Positions 23,855-37,574 of a DNA stretch of 64,000 bases are shown in pieces. The translations under genes and the position numbers were made by a program. Source of the stretch: Malacoraja senta (lineage: Eukaryota); the NCBI GenBank assembly GCA_038087875.1, contig CM075991.1:8062001-8126000 (forward strand), given 5' to 3'. The notes under the pieces were generated by a model. It saw only the letters and a list, made by a program, of their open reading frames with translations, was not told the DNA's origin and did not search any database. Each line of letters begins with the position of its first letter. Within the stretch, counting starts at the first letter, position 1.

Positions 23855-26800
23855 TAACTCTTACAGCGTTGTTCATTTCAACAGTTTGTGCTGAATAATC
23901 TGTAGGTCAATTATTTATAGCGACATTATTAATAGAGTTTAATAAAATGTGCTTGCAGTGTATTGGGAATGTGAAGGAGGCACATGGAGACTGGTTTAGT
24001 TTAGAGATACAGCGCCGAAGCAGGCCCTTCGGCCCACCGAGCCTGCGCCGGCCCACGATCCCGGGGGGGGGAGAGAGAGAGGGAGGGAGGGAGAGGGAGA
24101 GAGAGAGAGAGAATTCAGCCTTTCAAGTCAGCACAGTGATCATGGCTGATCATCCACAATCAGTACCATATCCCCTGACTCCACTATCTTTATGAGCTCT
24201 ATCTAACTCTCTCTTGAAAGCATCCAGGTGAATTGGCCTCCACTTCCACAGATTCACAACGCTCTGGGTGAAAAAGTTTTTCCTCGTCTCCGTTCTAAAT
24301 GGCTTACCCATTATTCTGAAACCGTGGCCCCTGGTTCTGGACTCCCCCAACGTCGGGAACATGTAGGATAGTGCTAGTGTACGGGGATCGCTGGTCGGGG
24401 CAGACTCGGTGGGCCGAAGGGCCTGTGTCCGTGCTGTATCTCCAAATTAAACTAAACTAAAAGAAGGAGAGAGCCTTTGGCAGAATTCTCAAGATTCTTC
24501 TCAACTGACCCATTTAGATGAGTGTAGTTTAGTATTCAGCAAGGAGGTACAGGCACTGTTAATCTGCCTTCTGAGTACTGCGTGGATGGACTTCAAACGT
24601 GCCACTTCAGCAGGCAGCAATAATAAAGGTCATTGTCATTGTGGACAAGTGCTCAGTGGATGTGAACACAGAAGCATTTACTTAATAAGAATGCGGGGAC
24701 TTAAGGGGAAGTAGATTGATGAGTTCAGAACAGTAATTTTCTATTTGAATCATTGTGGTTGCTTTCATAATTGCAGGCAAGTACACTTGGACTCAGAAGC
24801 ACCGGGATAAACTGATAAACTGAATCAATTGAAAGCATTTTGCTCAATGGTTATTGTCATTGACAAAATGCTCTGCCTCTCCTTACACAGTTGATTAATA
24901 CCCCTCTGAAACCACTCTGTAATCAAATTGAATTCTCTCAAAACACTGGTTAAAATGTTGGTCTTTGGTTTTGTAAATCCCTACTTAGGAACGATTGATT
25001 GGTTACAAATGACTTGTTAGCAACCCCCAATTTTAACTTTCCCATTACAGAATTCTTTGCCACAGAAGGCTGTGGAGGCCAAGTCAATAGATATTTTTAA
25101 GGCAGAGCTGGATAGATTCTTGATTAGCACGGGTGTAGGGGGTTATGGGGAGAAGGCAGGAGAATGGGGTTAGGAGGGAGAGATAGATCAGCCATGATTG
25201 AATGGCCTGAGTGGCCTAAGCAAGAATTTCATTGTCCTATCAGCGACACATGACAATAAACTCTCTAGAACTTAATTCAGATGGGCCGAATGGCCTAATT
25301 CTGCTCCTAACGCTATGATAATACTTTCCACGCTCCAATTACTGGAAAATGTCTTTCTTCATGCAACAATTCTTTGGAACATACACAGTATGGTTTTGAG
25401 GTATTATTTGTGTCTAAAGAATGGCCCTGACCAAAAACATCACCTGTCCATGTTCTCCAGAGGTGCTGCACCTCAGTTACTGCTGCACTTTGTGTCCTTT
25501 TGTGCATCAAACAGCGTCTGTAGATTTTTTTTTAGAGATACAGCATGGAAACAGGCCCTTCAGCCCACCATGATCATCCTGCAGACCATCGATCCCTGTA
25601 CACTACGCAATAGGGACAATTTACATTTTTTACCAAAGCCAATGGACTCTACAAACCTGCACGTCTTTGGAGTGTGGGTGGAAACCGGAGCACCTGGGGA
25701 AAACCCACGTGGTCACGGGGAGAATGTACAAACTCTGTACAGACAGCACCCGTAGTCAGGATCGAACCCGGGTCTCAGGCGCTGTGAGGCAGCAACTCTA
25801 CCGCTGCGCCACCGTGCCTGCCCTTTGTTCTTTGTTTCTACAGCTTATTTGGGGATTTGACCCGGGGCAGTGGGAGGAGTGACTAGTTTCTTCATCCTGA
25901 AGCAAGTTACACTGAGAAGGGTAGAGTTCCATAGGTGCCACTAACTTCCAACTGTGAATCATCAGGACAGAATCGGTAAGGTTAGCCCGCTCCCTCATCC
26001 CCTCTATGCTGAAAGACCACAGTAATCCATGGTATCAACTCAGAGACAAGCATAGGACTTTAAGCATACAGCTTTAAGGTGGAGGCGGGGGGGGGGGGGG
26101 TAAGATTTAACAGGAACCTGAGGGGTAACTTTGTTTACATAAAGGGTGACGGGTGTATGGAACGAGCTGCCGGAGGAAATAATTGAGGCAGGTACTATCA
26201 CAATGTTTAAGAAACATTCAGACAGGTACATGAATAGGTCAGGTTTAGAGGGATACAGGCCAAATGCAGGCAGGTGGGACTAGTGTAGATGGGACAAAAT
26301 GGCCGGAGTGGGTAAGTTGGGCCGACGGACAGGTTTCCATGCTGTAAGACTCTATGACTATGTGTCAACTCGAGGGTATCTGGGTCAAATGAGGATCAAA
26401 GCAAAGAAATTCAGACTGAAAATAGGGGGGGGTGGGGGGGGGAACAACTGAAGGTAAAGACCAGGGCCAGCCACAAATGACCTCGGGCTGAGCGTTACCT
26501 GGTAGGCCCATTGTAGGCCAGGGAAGGTGTGATCTCAAGAGAAACAATGTGGAGAACTGTGGAACAGGTAAAACAATAGGGAGGAGGAAGTGGGAGGGGG
26601 GGGAGGAGAGTATGAAATGAAGTTATTTAAATTTAGAGAATTCAATGTTCATACCGCTGGTTTGGAAGCTGCCCAAGCGAAATATGAGGTGACGTTCCTC
26701 CAGTTTGCGTGTGGCCTCCCTCTGGCAATGGAGGAGGCCCTGGACAGAAAGGTCAGTGTGGGAATGGGAAGGGGAGTTGAAATAGCTGGCAACCGAGAGA

Positions 26801-27147
26801 TCTTGTGGGCCTTGGCCTACTATGTTTGCTGGGCAATTTGTTGCAAATGGTTGAAAGTGTCGTTGTAGATTTGTCCAAGATGGCGGGAAATTTGTCCAAG
26901 ATGGCGCACAAACCAGGCAACTATGTGTGTGCTAGCTACAGAAGCCGATCGACAGACACATATCACAATCGCTCCACACTCTTAAATCTCCATTCCTACA
27001 CCAACATTTAGAGTCATAGAGCGATACAGTGTGGAAACGGGCCCTTCGGCCCAACTTTCCCACACTGGCCAATGCGTCACAGCTACACCACCTGCTTGTG
27101 TTTGGTCCATATCCCTCCAAACCTGTCCTATCCATGTACCTGTCTAA

Positions 27148-27447
27148 AGGGCCCGTCCCACTTTCCCGAGTTACTCACGAATTCACCCGAGTTTTCCCCT
27201 TGATTCAAACTCGGAGAATGTCCGTGGCGAGTCCGTAGGAGTCCGTCGACATTTCGTAGCGGCTCGTAATGCCAGCCGTAGCTACTCGGGGCATCAGGTA
27301 AGTCGGGACGGTTTTTTCAGCATGTTGAAAAATGTCCACGAGTAAAAAAAATAGCCCCCGAGTACCCACGGCTGGCATCTCCGAGTTTGAATCAAGGGGA
27401 AAACTCGGGAGAATTCGTGAGTAACTCGGGAAAGTGGGACAGGGCCT
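27148..27447. mobile_element. PIF/Harbinger-type MITE, type A, inserted in a CR1-derived repeat
   Basis: TAA TSD; removing it restores TGTACCTGTCTAACTGTTTCTT. Nearly identical to 1559-1857. Confidence 0.88.
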
Positions 27448-27784
27448 TAACTGTTTCTTAAATGTTGGGATAGTCTCTGCCTCAACTACCTCCTCTGGCA
27501 GCTTGTTCCATACACCCACCACCCTTTGTGTGGGAAATGTTACCCTTCAGAATCCTATTAACTCTTTTCCCCTTCACCTCAAACCAATGTCCTCTGGTCC
27601 TCGATTCACTTACTCTGGGTAAGAGACTTCTGACTTTAACTAAGATAGTCACTGTAAATGGCTCGATTGCGATCATGTGTTGTCTTTCCGCTGACCAGAT
27701 AGCACGCAAGAAAAAGCTCTTTGCCGTACCTCGGTACGCGTGACGATAGACGAAAATTAAAGCTTTCTCTGTCCGTTTTCCTAG

Positions 27785-28162
27785 GCAATTCTCTGCTGTT
27801 GAACCCATCGCTGCAGCAAGACCTGACGGTGAGCAGGACCTACAGTGGGCCCATCTGCTTCCAGGAGCCCATGGGCAAGGAGCTCATGAACCAGTCGCCC
27901 CTCTTTGACTCTCTGCCGGGGATCAAGGTCAATGTCCAGAGTTCGCTCATGGTCTCACTGGGGGTGGCTGACGGAGTGGAGTACCAGGGGAGGGTATCGT
28001 CCCGCACCTACCCCCGTAACAGCAGGGTGGCTGACAAACTGCACCACCCCCGGAGCAACGCGTCGAGCTCTCAGCATCTCCCCGCTGCCCTCTCTAGGGC
28101 CGGGGACCGGACCAGCGGTATATTCGGGTGCCTCGGAGGATGTCTGGTGGGACCCGCCAAAG
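27785..28162 (+). CDS. UNC5D: UNC5D-like exon, cytoplasmic linker to start of ZU5 (GNSLLLNPSLQQDLTVSRTYSGPICFQ...GIFGCLGGCLVGPAK)
   Basis: TTTTCCTAG acceptor and G|GTATGA donor; 378 nt, phase 1/1, open. Contains DLTVSRTYSGPIC and QSS.MVSLGV motifs of UNC5D. Confidence 0.93.
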
Positions 28163-28290
28163 GTATGAAGCCGAATTTACCGAAACCTACCGGCTAGTGT
28201 GCTACCAGAACAAGTTGGTAGAGATGGGCCACAACCACCAGTCTCTGCCACCAATTACCTCAATTAGTCCAATTACCTGATTAAAACTTA

Positions 28291-28871
28291 AGGGCCTGTC
28301 CCACTTGGTGATTTTGTTCGGCGACTGCCGGCATCATTGACTAACGCACAGGTGGGGAACCTGCGGCCTTCTAAGCCATTAAGTGCGGCCTTTTGAATGA
28401 ATCCAAATTTTGTAGAACAAATCTTTTTATTATTATTAATATGTTTTTGTTCATCTTTTATTATTTTTATTTTAATCTTAAAATGAACGTATTTAAAGTA
28501 GCAAAGAGTAAAAGAAGATTCAACGAAATAATCCTCCCCGACTGACGGCCACAATTAAAACATTAGTAAGTCATGAGGGCTATTTAACAAAATAATGTGC
28601 ATTTTGAAGTATATCTAATTGAAGTATCTTGGATGCGGCCTCATTAGATTACAGCTAACTTAATGCAGCCTTCCACCATGAAAAGGTTCACCACCCCTGG
28701 ACTAACGTGATGCGGAGTGACGTGGCGTGATGACGTATTGACGCGTGGTGTTTTTTCAAGTGTCGCAACATTTTTTTGTCGCCACTGGATTTTGAAATGT
28801 TCAAAATCTTTTGGCGACACTGATATGACGCCGGCAGTCGCCAAAAAAAATCGCCAAGTGGGACAGGCCCT
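28291..28871. mobile_element. PIF/Harbinger-type MITE, type D, containing a hAT element
   Basis: TIR AGGGCCTGTCCCACTTGG / CCAAGTGGGACAGGCCCT; TTA TSD. Uninterrupted relative at 42420-42646. Confidence 0.85.
28347..28699. mobile_element. hAT-type non-autonomous element
   Basis: Perfect 8-bp TSD GACTAACG (28339-28346 and 28700-28707); same family as 1401-2213. Confidence 0.85.
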
Positions 28872-31156
28872 TTACCGAATAGTTAGCTGCCAGACAGGGT
28901 GCTAGAGAATTACCTCATTGAAACTTAACGAACAGTGAAAGGCCTGGATAGAGTGAACGTGGAGAGGTGGTGAGGGAGTCTAGGACCAGAGGCCATAGGG
29001 CGATTCTTTAGCTAGAAAATGAGGAGGAATTTCTTTAGTCAGAGGGTGGTGGGTGAATCTGTGGAATTCATTGCCACAGAAGGCTGTGGTGGCCAAGTCA
29101 ATGGGTATTTTTAAGGCGGAGACTGACTGATTCTTGATTAGTACGGGTGTCAGGGGTTATGCGGAGAAGGAAGGAGAATGGGGTTGAGGGGGAAAGATAG
29201 ATCAGCCATGATTGAATGGCGGAGTAGACTCGGTGGGCCAAGTGGGAGGTGAGGACCACATGGAGAAGGCAGAGGAGTAGACCAGCCGCCAAGTGTGGTG
29301 GCTTTGAGAGGGCCAGGTCTGAAGAAGGGTCTCGGCCCGAAACGTCACCCATTCCTTCTCTCCAGAGATGTTGCCTGTCCCGCTGAGTTACTCCAGCATT
29401 TGGTGTCTATGCCAGGTAGCCTCTTTCTCTTGTTCCTCCTTCCTTGTGTTCTTGTCAATGAATTTAGCCACTTGTATAACCATATAACCATATAACAATT
29501 ACAGCACGGAAACAGGCCATCTCGGCCCTTCTAGTCCGTGCCGAACTCTTACTCTCACCTAGTCCCATCTACCTGCACTCAGACCATAACCCTCCATTCC
29601 TTTCCCGTCCATATACCTATCCAATTTATTTTTAAATGATAAAATCGAACCTGCCTCCACCACTTCCACTGGGATCTCATTCCACTTGCCCATCCTATGT
29701 GTACCATGCACCCATTGTTAAAATCAGGTAAGTGTGATCAAGTTAAAGTGCCCTTTGGGGGGTTTGATGGAAGTGGAAAGACAACGGCCAAGATTAACTA
29801 ACTACAAAGCGATGGGCTGCATGCACTGGATGTCCTTGCTGCCGTTCCAGCCGCAATTACTCTTGGATTAGTTGTTGCATCAGCTGACAATCCTCAGAGC
29901 TGGGCTCGCTGCTGAAGGATTAGCTTTCAGCCCGCTCCATATGGTACTGTGTAATTACGCGGATGGTGAATGATTCAATTTCTGCAGCTGACGAGAGCCC
30001 CGTGCAATTGTAATGGGAACGGGGGAAATGTGGCCGTTCATCTTCTCCTTTTACACTGTCCAAGTGCGGCCACCGGCATTTATTCATCGGCAAGTGATTT
30101 ATTCCCCAAATCAAACCCTTCCAAATCTTTGGAAATGATTAGATAGCGTTCACAAACTCATGGATGTGCTGCTCTGGAACCCAGTTGAACATCATCAGCA
30201 GCTCAATAGTCTTTCTTGTCATGGTCAGTCCCACCACTACGCTCCATATCTCTGTCACTCCATCCATCTCCACCTCTCTCTATGATCTCTGCGCTCCTCC
30301 AACCCTGAGGTCCACAACATGCCACCCAAGACTTCTCCAACTTCATTCCTCTCTCTTCTCCTTTGATCATCCCTGGATAGAGTGGATGTGGAGAGAGTGT
30401 TTCCACTCGCGGGAGAGTCTAGAACCAGAGGTCACACCGCCTCAGAATTAGAGGGCGTTCCTTTAGGAAGGAGATGCGGTGGAATTTCTTTAGTCGGAGG
30501 GTGGTGAATCTGTGGAATTCTTTGCCATAGAAGGCTGTGGAGGCCAAGTCAGTGGATATTTTTAAGGCAGAGATAGATAGATTCTTGATTAGTACGGGTG
30601 TCAGGCATTATAGGGAGAAGGCTTGAGAATGGGGTTAAGAGGGAGAGATAGATCAGCCATGATTGAATGGCGGAGTAGACGATGGGCCGAATGGCCTAAT
30701 TCTGCTCCTATCACTTATGAACTAATGCACTTCTGAACTCAAAGGTTGTGAATCTGTGGAATTCTCTGTCACAGAAGACAGTGGAGGCCTACTCACTGGA
30801 TGTTTACAAGTTATCTTTAGCTCTTAGAGCTAACGGAAAAAAGCAGGAACGGGGTACTGATTTTGGATGATCAGCCGTGATCACATTGAATGGCGGTGCT
30901 GGCTCGAAGGGCTGAATGGCCTACTCCTGCACCTATTTTCTATGTTTATAAGCATCATCAAAAGCCAGCATTCAGTGTCCATTCCCAATTGCCTTTGTCT
31001 AGTGGTGGTGGGCTGCCTTTGCGAACCTCTGCAGTCTTTCAGGTCAAGGTGGCCCCAAGCCGTTTAGTTTTGGAGATACAGCGTGGAATCAGGACCTTCG
31101 GCCATCGAGTCCATGCCGACCAGCGATCCCCCCAACACACTAGTTCTATCAACACC

Positions 31157-31930
31157 AGGGGCGTCGGAGAGATGGCAGCCCTGCCGGCTGTCTGTTCATT
31201 TTTTCATCTTTAACAAAAACTTTTAACATTTTTAGTGTTTGTTAAAAGTTTGATTTAATGTTCTTCGGTTTGTTTTATGTGGGGGGGGGAGGGGGGGGCT
31301 GATCGGAGGTAAACTTTTTTTTCAAGTTCTTACCTTGCCGGAGATGTGATTATTTTTTGGATCACATTCTCCGGGCGCTCTGCGGCCTACCATCGCTGGA
31401 GCTGGGAGCCGCCTCGGACTGTCGTGAGCCCCACCGCGGGGCGCGGACTTAACATCGGGAGTGGATCCCTTGCCTGGGATCGCTCCCACCGCGGCCTGCG
31501 GATTTGCCATCAAGGGCTCGCAGTCTCAGGTGAGGCTAGTCGGGAGCTCCAACGTCGCGGAAGTTTCGACCAGCTCCGACGCGAGGTTCGATCGCCCGGC
31601 GCGGGGGGAGCTGACATCCCCCCGATGCAGGAGCTGATCGCCTCGACGCGGAGGGCACGAACAGCGCCGACTACGGGAGTCAAAACCGTCCCATCAACGG
31701 GGGCTCGAGGCCCCCGACCGAGGAAGAACTAAGGGAAGGACTTGAACTTTATTTTGCCTTCCATCACAGTGAGGAATGTGTAGGAGTCACTGGGGTGGAT
31801 GTTCAGGTTAAAATGTGTTTTTGACTGATCTGTTGCTTTTAATTGTATGACTGACCTGGCCAGTGAAATTCCTCGTATGTTGCAAAACATACTTGGCGAA
31901 TAAAGTGTGATTCCGATTCTGATTCTGATC
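31157..31930 (+). mobile_element. GC-rich non-autonomous retroposon-like element with a (GATTCT)n tail
   Basis: Interrupts a V-SINE and ends in AATAAAG plus hexamer repeats. Diverged relative on the - strand at 51915-52760; matching tail fragment at 13842-14000. Confidence 0.6.
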
Positions 31931-32650
31931 ATACACTCTGGGGACAATTTACAGAAGCCAATTAACCTGCAAACCTGCACATCTTTAGAATGTGGGAGGA
32001 AACCGGAGCACCCGGAGAAAATCCCACGCAGTCACAGAGCGAACACACAAACTCCGTCCAGACAGCACCCTTAGTCAGGATTGAACCTGTGTCTCTGGTG
32101 CTGTAAGGCAGTAGCTCTACTGCTGCGCCATTGTGCCGCCCCTAGTGCTATAAGGGAAGGAGCTCAGGACAATGACGGAGCAAGGATATATTTCCAAGTC
32201 AGACCAGAATGTAACAGGCCAGGGTGAGGTTACGTTGTGGCTACTATTATCTTTCTTGGTGGTAAGTTTTACATATCTTGGACGTGCAATGGGAGTAGCC
32301 TCTGTATGTGACTGTTGCACATCTTGTAGATGGTACATACTTCAGCCACTCAGTACAAGTATGGAGGGAAATAGTAGTTGCAAGGAATTGCAGATGCTGG
32401 TTTACAAAAAAAAACAAAGTGCTGGAGTAATTGAGCAGGTCAAGCAGCATCTGTGGAAGATATAGGTAGGTGACGCTTTGGGTCCCTTCAAGAACCCTTC
32501 AAACACTAGATTGAGTGTTCAGGTTGAGGAATAGGGTGTAAATAAACTGGGCTGCCTTGTCTGGGATGGTGTAAATCTTCTTGACAGTTGTCGGCTCTGT
32601 GCTGATCGAGTCATAAGGTCATAAGATCATAAGAGATAAGAGCAGAATTA

Positions 32651-33060
32651 TGGGCCTGTCCCACTCAGGCTATTTTTAGGCGACTGTCATAGTCGTAGCA
32701 GGTTGCTGAAAAAACAGCGACTGGACCCCCGCCCCCCCACCCCCCTTCGACATCAAATTTGAAATAGAATCATTACTTTAACAGCAAAACAAAACCTAAG
32801 TCATCACCAGCGACAACCTACGTTAACCTGGTGACAACTACGACAGTACCTACGTCAGGAGAAGTCAAGCTACGCTCATTGGCGTCAAACCCACAGTCGC
32901 CGACTGTCTCTGAAAATTTTTCAACATGTTGAAAATCCAGAAAGACGCTACGACTCTTTGGGCGATTGAGGAGACTACTCACGACCACACAGGCGACACC
33001 CCAGCGTCCATGTGGCGACAGCCTAGTCGCCGAAAAAATCGCCTAAATGGGACAGGCCCA
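32651..33060. mobile_element. PIF/Harbinger-type MITE, type B
   Basis: TIR TGGGCCTGTCCCA / TGGGACAGGCCCA; TTA/TGA flanks; interior like 23430-23854. Confidence 0.8.
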
Positions 33061-33289
33061 TGAGGCAATCATTCAGTAACATTTTTTGAGATAGGTGCAA
33101 AATGCTGGAGTAGCTCAGTGGGTCAGGCAGCTTCTCGGGAGAAAAGGAATAGGTGACGTTGCGGGTCGAGACCCTTCTTCAGACTGAGGGTCCGTGGCTT
33201 ATCTTGTGGAGATTCTGCACATTGAGCAGACAGAATGCATAGGAAGGGACTGCAGGTGCTGGTTTACACCGAAGATAGACGCAAAATAG

Positions 33290-34476
33290 ATACATAGATA
33301 CATAGAAAATAGGTGCAGGAGTAGGCCATTCGGCCCTTCGAGCCTGCACCGCCATTCAATATGATCATGGCTGATCATCCAACTCAGTATCCCGTACCTG
33401 CCTTCTCTCCATACCCCCTGATCCCCTTAGCCACAAGGGCCACATCTAACTCCCTCTTAAATATAGCCAATGAACTGGCCTCAACTACCCTCTGTGGCAG
33501 AGAGTTCCAGAGATTCACCACTCTCTGTGTGAAAACGTTTTTCCTCATCTCGGTCTTAAAGGATTTCCCCCTTATCCTTAAGCTGTGACCCCTTGTCCTG
33601 GACTTCCCCAACATCGGGAACAATCTTCCTGCATCTAGCCTGTCCAACCCCATAAGAATTTTGTACGTTTCTATAAGATCCCCTCTCAATCTCCTAAATT
33701 CTAGCGAGTATAAGCCAAGTCTATCCAGTCTTTCTTCATATGAAAGTCCTGACATCCCAGGAATCAGTCTGGTGAACCTTCTCTGCACTCCCTCTATGGC
33801 TATAATGTCCTTCCTCAGATTTGGAGACCAAAACTGTACTCAATACTCCAAGTGTGGTCTCATCAAGACCCTGTACAACTGCAGTAGAACCTCCCTGCTC
33901 CTATACTCAAATCCTCTTGCTATGAAGGCCAACATACCATTCGCTTTCTTCACTGCCTGCTGCACCTGCATGCCTACTTTCAATGACTGGTGTACCATGA
34001 CACCCAGGTCTCGCTGCATCTCCCCTTTTCCTAATCGGCCACCATTTAGATAATAGTCTGCCTTCCCGTTTTTGCCACCAAAGTGGATAACCTCACATTT
34101 ATCCACATTATACTGCATCTGCCAAACATTTGCCCACTCACCCAGCCTATCCAAGTCACCTTGCAGTCTCCTAGCATCCTCCTCACAGCTAACACTGCCC
34201 CCCAGCTTAGTGTCATCCGCAAACTTGGAGATGTTGCTTTCAATTCCCTCATCCAGTTCATTAATATAAATTGTAAATAGCTGGGGTCCCAGCACTGAGC
34301 CTTGCGGTACCCCATTAGTCACTGCCTGCCATTGTGAAAAGGACCCGTTTACTCCTACTCTTTGCTTCCTGTTTGCCAGCCAGTTCTCTATCCACATCAA
34401 TACTGAACCCCCAATACCGTGTGATTTAAGTTTGTATCCTAATCTCTTATGTGGTACCTTGTCGAAAGCCTTCTGA
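33290..34476 (-). mobile_element. CR1-type LINE, ~1.2 kb 5'-truncated, containing most of the reverse transcriptase
   Basis: FQKAFDKVPH...GVPQGSVLGPQLFTIYIN...KFADDTKL...RPHLEY, then a single in-frame TGA at ~33840, then the ORF2 C-terminus and 3' UTR. Confidence 0.95.
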
Positions 34477-37400
34477 AACTCAGCGGGACAGGCGGCGTCC
34501 CTGGATAGAGATGCATTCCTTCTATCCACAGATGCTGCCTGGCCTGCTGAGTTACTCCAGCATTTTGTGTCTGTCTGCAGATGCTCCACTCAGTGCTTGC
34601 ATGCTGCACTGTACGATTGAACTCTGCGTAAATTCATCAGTTCGAACCCTCCTGCAATTTAAATTCAGGCTTGACTTTCAGAAAACACATAAAATGGGGA
34701 AACATAATTTATTGAATCTGCATGCAATTTCTGGAATAGATAAAAAGGCTAAAAATATATGCAGAAAGAGCTGTATATCACAGGAGATAATATTGTTATG
34801 CTCACGGACCTAGAACGAAGCTCTTAGGTCATATGTTTGATTTTTCCAGTGTTATGTTCATTAAGGTGAAGAATATTGGTGCTGGAGCAAGGAATAGTTT
34901 TAGTTTTTAGTTTTAGTTTAGAGACAGCAGCGTGGAAACAGGCCCTTCGGCCCATCGAGCCCACGCCATCCCTGCACACTAGTTCTATCCACGGACACAC
35001 CAGGGACAATTTGTAGAAGCCAATTAACCCACAAAGCTGCACGTCTTTGGAGTGTGGGAGGAGACCGGAGCACCCGGAGAAAACCCACGCGGTCACAGGG
35101 AGAACGTACAAACTGCGTACAGAGAGCACCTGCAGTCAGGATTGCTTCCGGGTCTCTGGTGCTATAAGGCAGCAACTCAAACGCTATCCCACCGTGCCGC
35201 CCTAGTCTTTATTTAAGGCACCCAGTCCCACTATTAAAACCTCCTCGGGTACAGAGTGTGAAACTGTCTTGACAGCACCATCAAACTCACATGAAGATAT
35301 AACGCAGGTTAGTTTGAGAGTGAAGCTCAATCAACAATGTCCCGCCAAATGTACTCAGGGAGTGTACAAGCCTAATAGTGCTCAGTGATAAACACTACAG
35401 ACACTACGACCACCCTCCTTGTACTACCAGGGACTTGTTCGAATTGGAGTAGACATTCCCTCGGTTCAACAACTACTGAATCTCCTTTCTCTTTAGACTT
35501 TAGAGATACAGCTTTTAAACAGGCCCTTCGGCCCAACGAGCCCATGCTGACCAGCGATCGCGCCGTACACTAGCATTAACCTACACTCTCGGGACAATTT
35601 ACAATTTTTGCCGAAGCCAATAACCTGCGCGATTCTGGAGTGCGGGAAGAAACTGGAGCACCCGGAGAAATCCCACACAGTCACGGGGAGAAGGTGCAAA
35701 CTCCCGTACAGACAGCACCCGTAGTCAGGTCTCCGACGTTGCAAAGCGACAACTCTACCGCTGCGCCACCGTGCCGCACCTGTTCTCTGATCGACTGTTC
35801 ATTAGCAATCTCCAGCCACATGCAGCACAATGATAGAACAAGTGGGGTAGTGGGTTTTCTCCGGGTGTCGTGAGGTAGACTGAGACTGACGGCCCAACCC
35901 CCCACCGCCCAACCACCCAATCCCAATCTTTGCGCATCCCCCAAGCCTTCCCACTCGTCACTTTAATTTCACTTTTCATGTATTTTGTGTTTTCAAGACT
36001 GTTGGCAGATCAATCTCCCTCCTGGAATAAACAAAGTTCTATCGTATCGTAAGATTATTGGCACCAGTGTCCTGGTGAATAAACCTTCTGAAGCTTCTGA
36101 ATTTTGTAGTCGGCAGGGCGGTACTCTGCAAACCGCCAACTTGGACAATTTAACATTTTATCAATCCAATTAACCTACAAACCTGCACGTCTTTGGTGTG
36201 TGGGAGGAAACCGAAGATCTCGGAGAAAACCCACGCAGATCACGGGGAGAACGTCCAAACTCTATACAGACAGCACCCATAGTCAGGATCGAACCCGGGT
36301 CTCTGGCGCTGCATTTTGCTGTAAGGCAGCAACTCTACCGCTGTGCCACCGTGACTGCCCAAATAAATAAATAAATACCGCTCAACCAACATCAGGTGGT
36401 GATTATGGAGCCAGTGGTGGAAACTGATTGTGCATTCATGGGCTTCCACGAACCATTCTTACAACAGTGTCTGCACTTCAGAAATGCTTCGTCGGTAGTA
36501 AAGAGCTTTGTGGCAACCTGAGGTTGTAAAAGATGCATAAAAAACAAAACGCTTTGTTCTGTAGACTTCTGTATGAAATGCGAGAAGCCATTTTGTACCC
36601 ACAAGCCTGTTGCTTTAGTGTAAAAACAAGGAACAGCAGATGCTGGTTTATACCGAAGATAGACACACAGTGCTGCAGTAACTCAGCGGGGCAGGCGGCA
36701 TCTCTGGAGAAAAGGAACAGATGACTTTGGATGGAGTCCCTTCTTCAAACCTGGAAGTGAAGAAGGGTCTCGACCCGAAACATCGTCTATTCCTTCTCTC
36801 CAGAGATGCTGCCTGCCCCGCTTTTTGTGTCTACTTACACAATAGGACACAGTTCTCCCCCCCCCCACCCCCCCATGAAGAGGGATCCTGTTCCAAAACA
36901 TCGCCTATCCATGTTCCATCTTCTCCAGTGATGCTGCCTGAGTTACTCCAGCTTTTTGTGTCCATTTTCCCATTGTCTGCTCTCTCTTCTGTGTCCAGCT
37001 CTCGAGATGTTACCAATGTATTCCTCTGCCATTTGTTAGCCCTTCAGAAAGTCTCTCTTTGCCCCGCAACGACACAACGGTTATCCATCCATAATTCTGG
37101 CCGTGATTGAGTAGTTTACCTGCTTGAATTATTTCCTCGGTTAGACGCTAAGACTGTTGTATGAAGACTGCTGTGCGGCCATCTGGTCCTCTGCCTGTCC
37201 ATGTCCCCAGTTCATGGGCTGCAAGTGAATTCATGCCGAGAGGCAGCGTTCTATTTCTCAACTGAAAACAGATGGGGTTTGCGATCATGAAATTTGAGCT
37301 TCAATGTCCCAAAATATTATTCTGTGTGTTAAAATGGCTTCTCTCTGGGAATGCTGTACTACCGTGACAGCCAATAATCAAATGCGGTTTAACTTTCGGA

Positions 37401-37574
37401 AGGAAGGGTTCTTAATTAGGGGCATGAACATTCTATTCCTCTATCGTCTCCGTTGCACGCACCATCTCTGATCTGTGCCAGCATGCGTACTGAAATCAAA
37501 CTGGAACAGTTTGAAGGAGGGGATTCATTCTTAGTCAGTAGTAATAAGCTGATGGTCACCTACAAACTGCCTCA

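Noticed and set aside
24834..24872. Hairpin AGCATTTTG-C-TCAATG...CATTGA-CAAAATGCT as a pre-miRNA
   Set aside because: Only ~39 nt and the stem does not extend, so it is too short for a canonical precursor.
28291..28871. Kolobok/piggyBac (TTAA) classification of the AGG-ended MITEs
   Set aside because: Empty-site comparisons at 27145 and 61664 show a 3-bp TWA duplication rather than TTAA.
33384..34589. Active reverse transcriptase gene
   Set aside because: 5'-truncated CR1 with an in-frame stop; the ORF N-terminus comes from an adjacent Penelope repeat.
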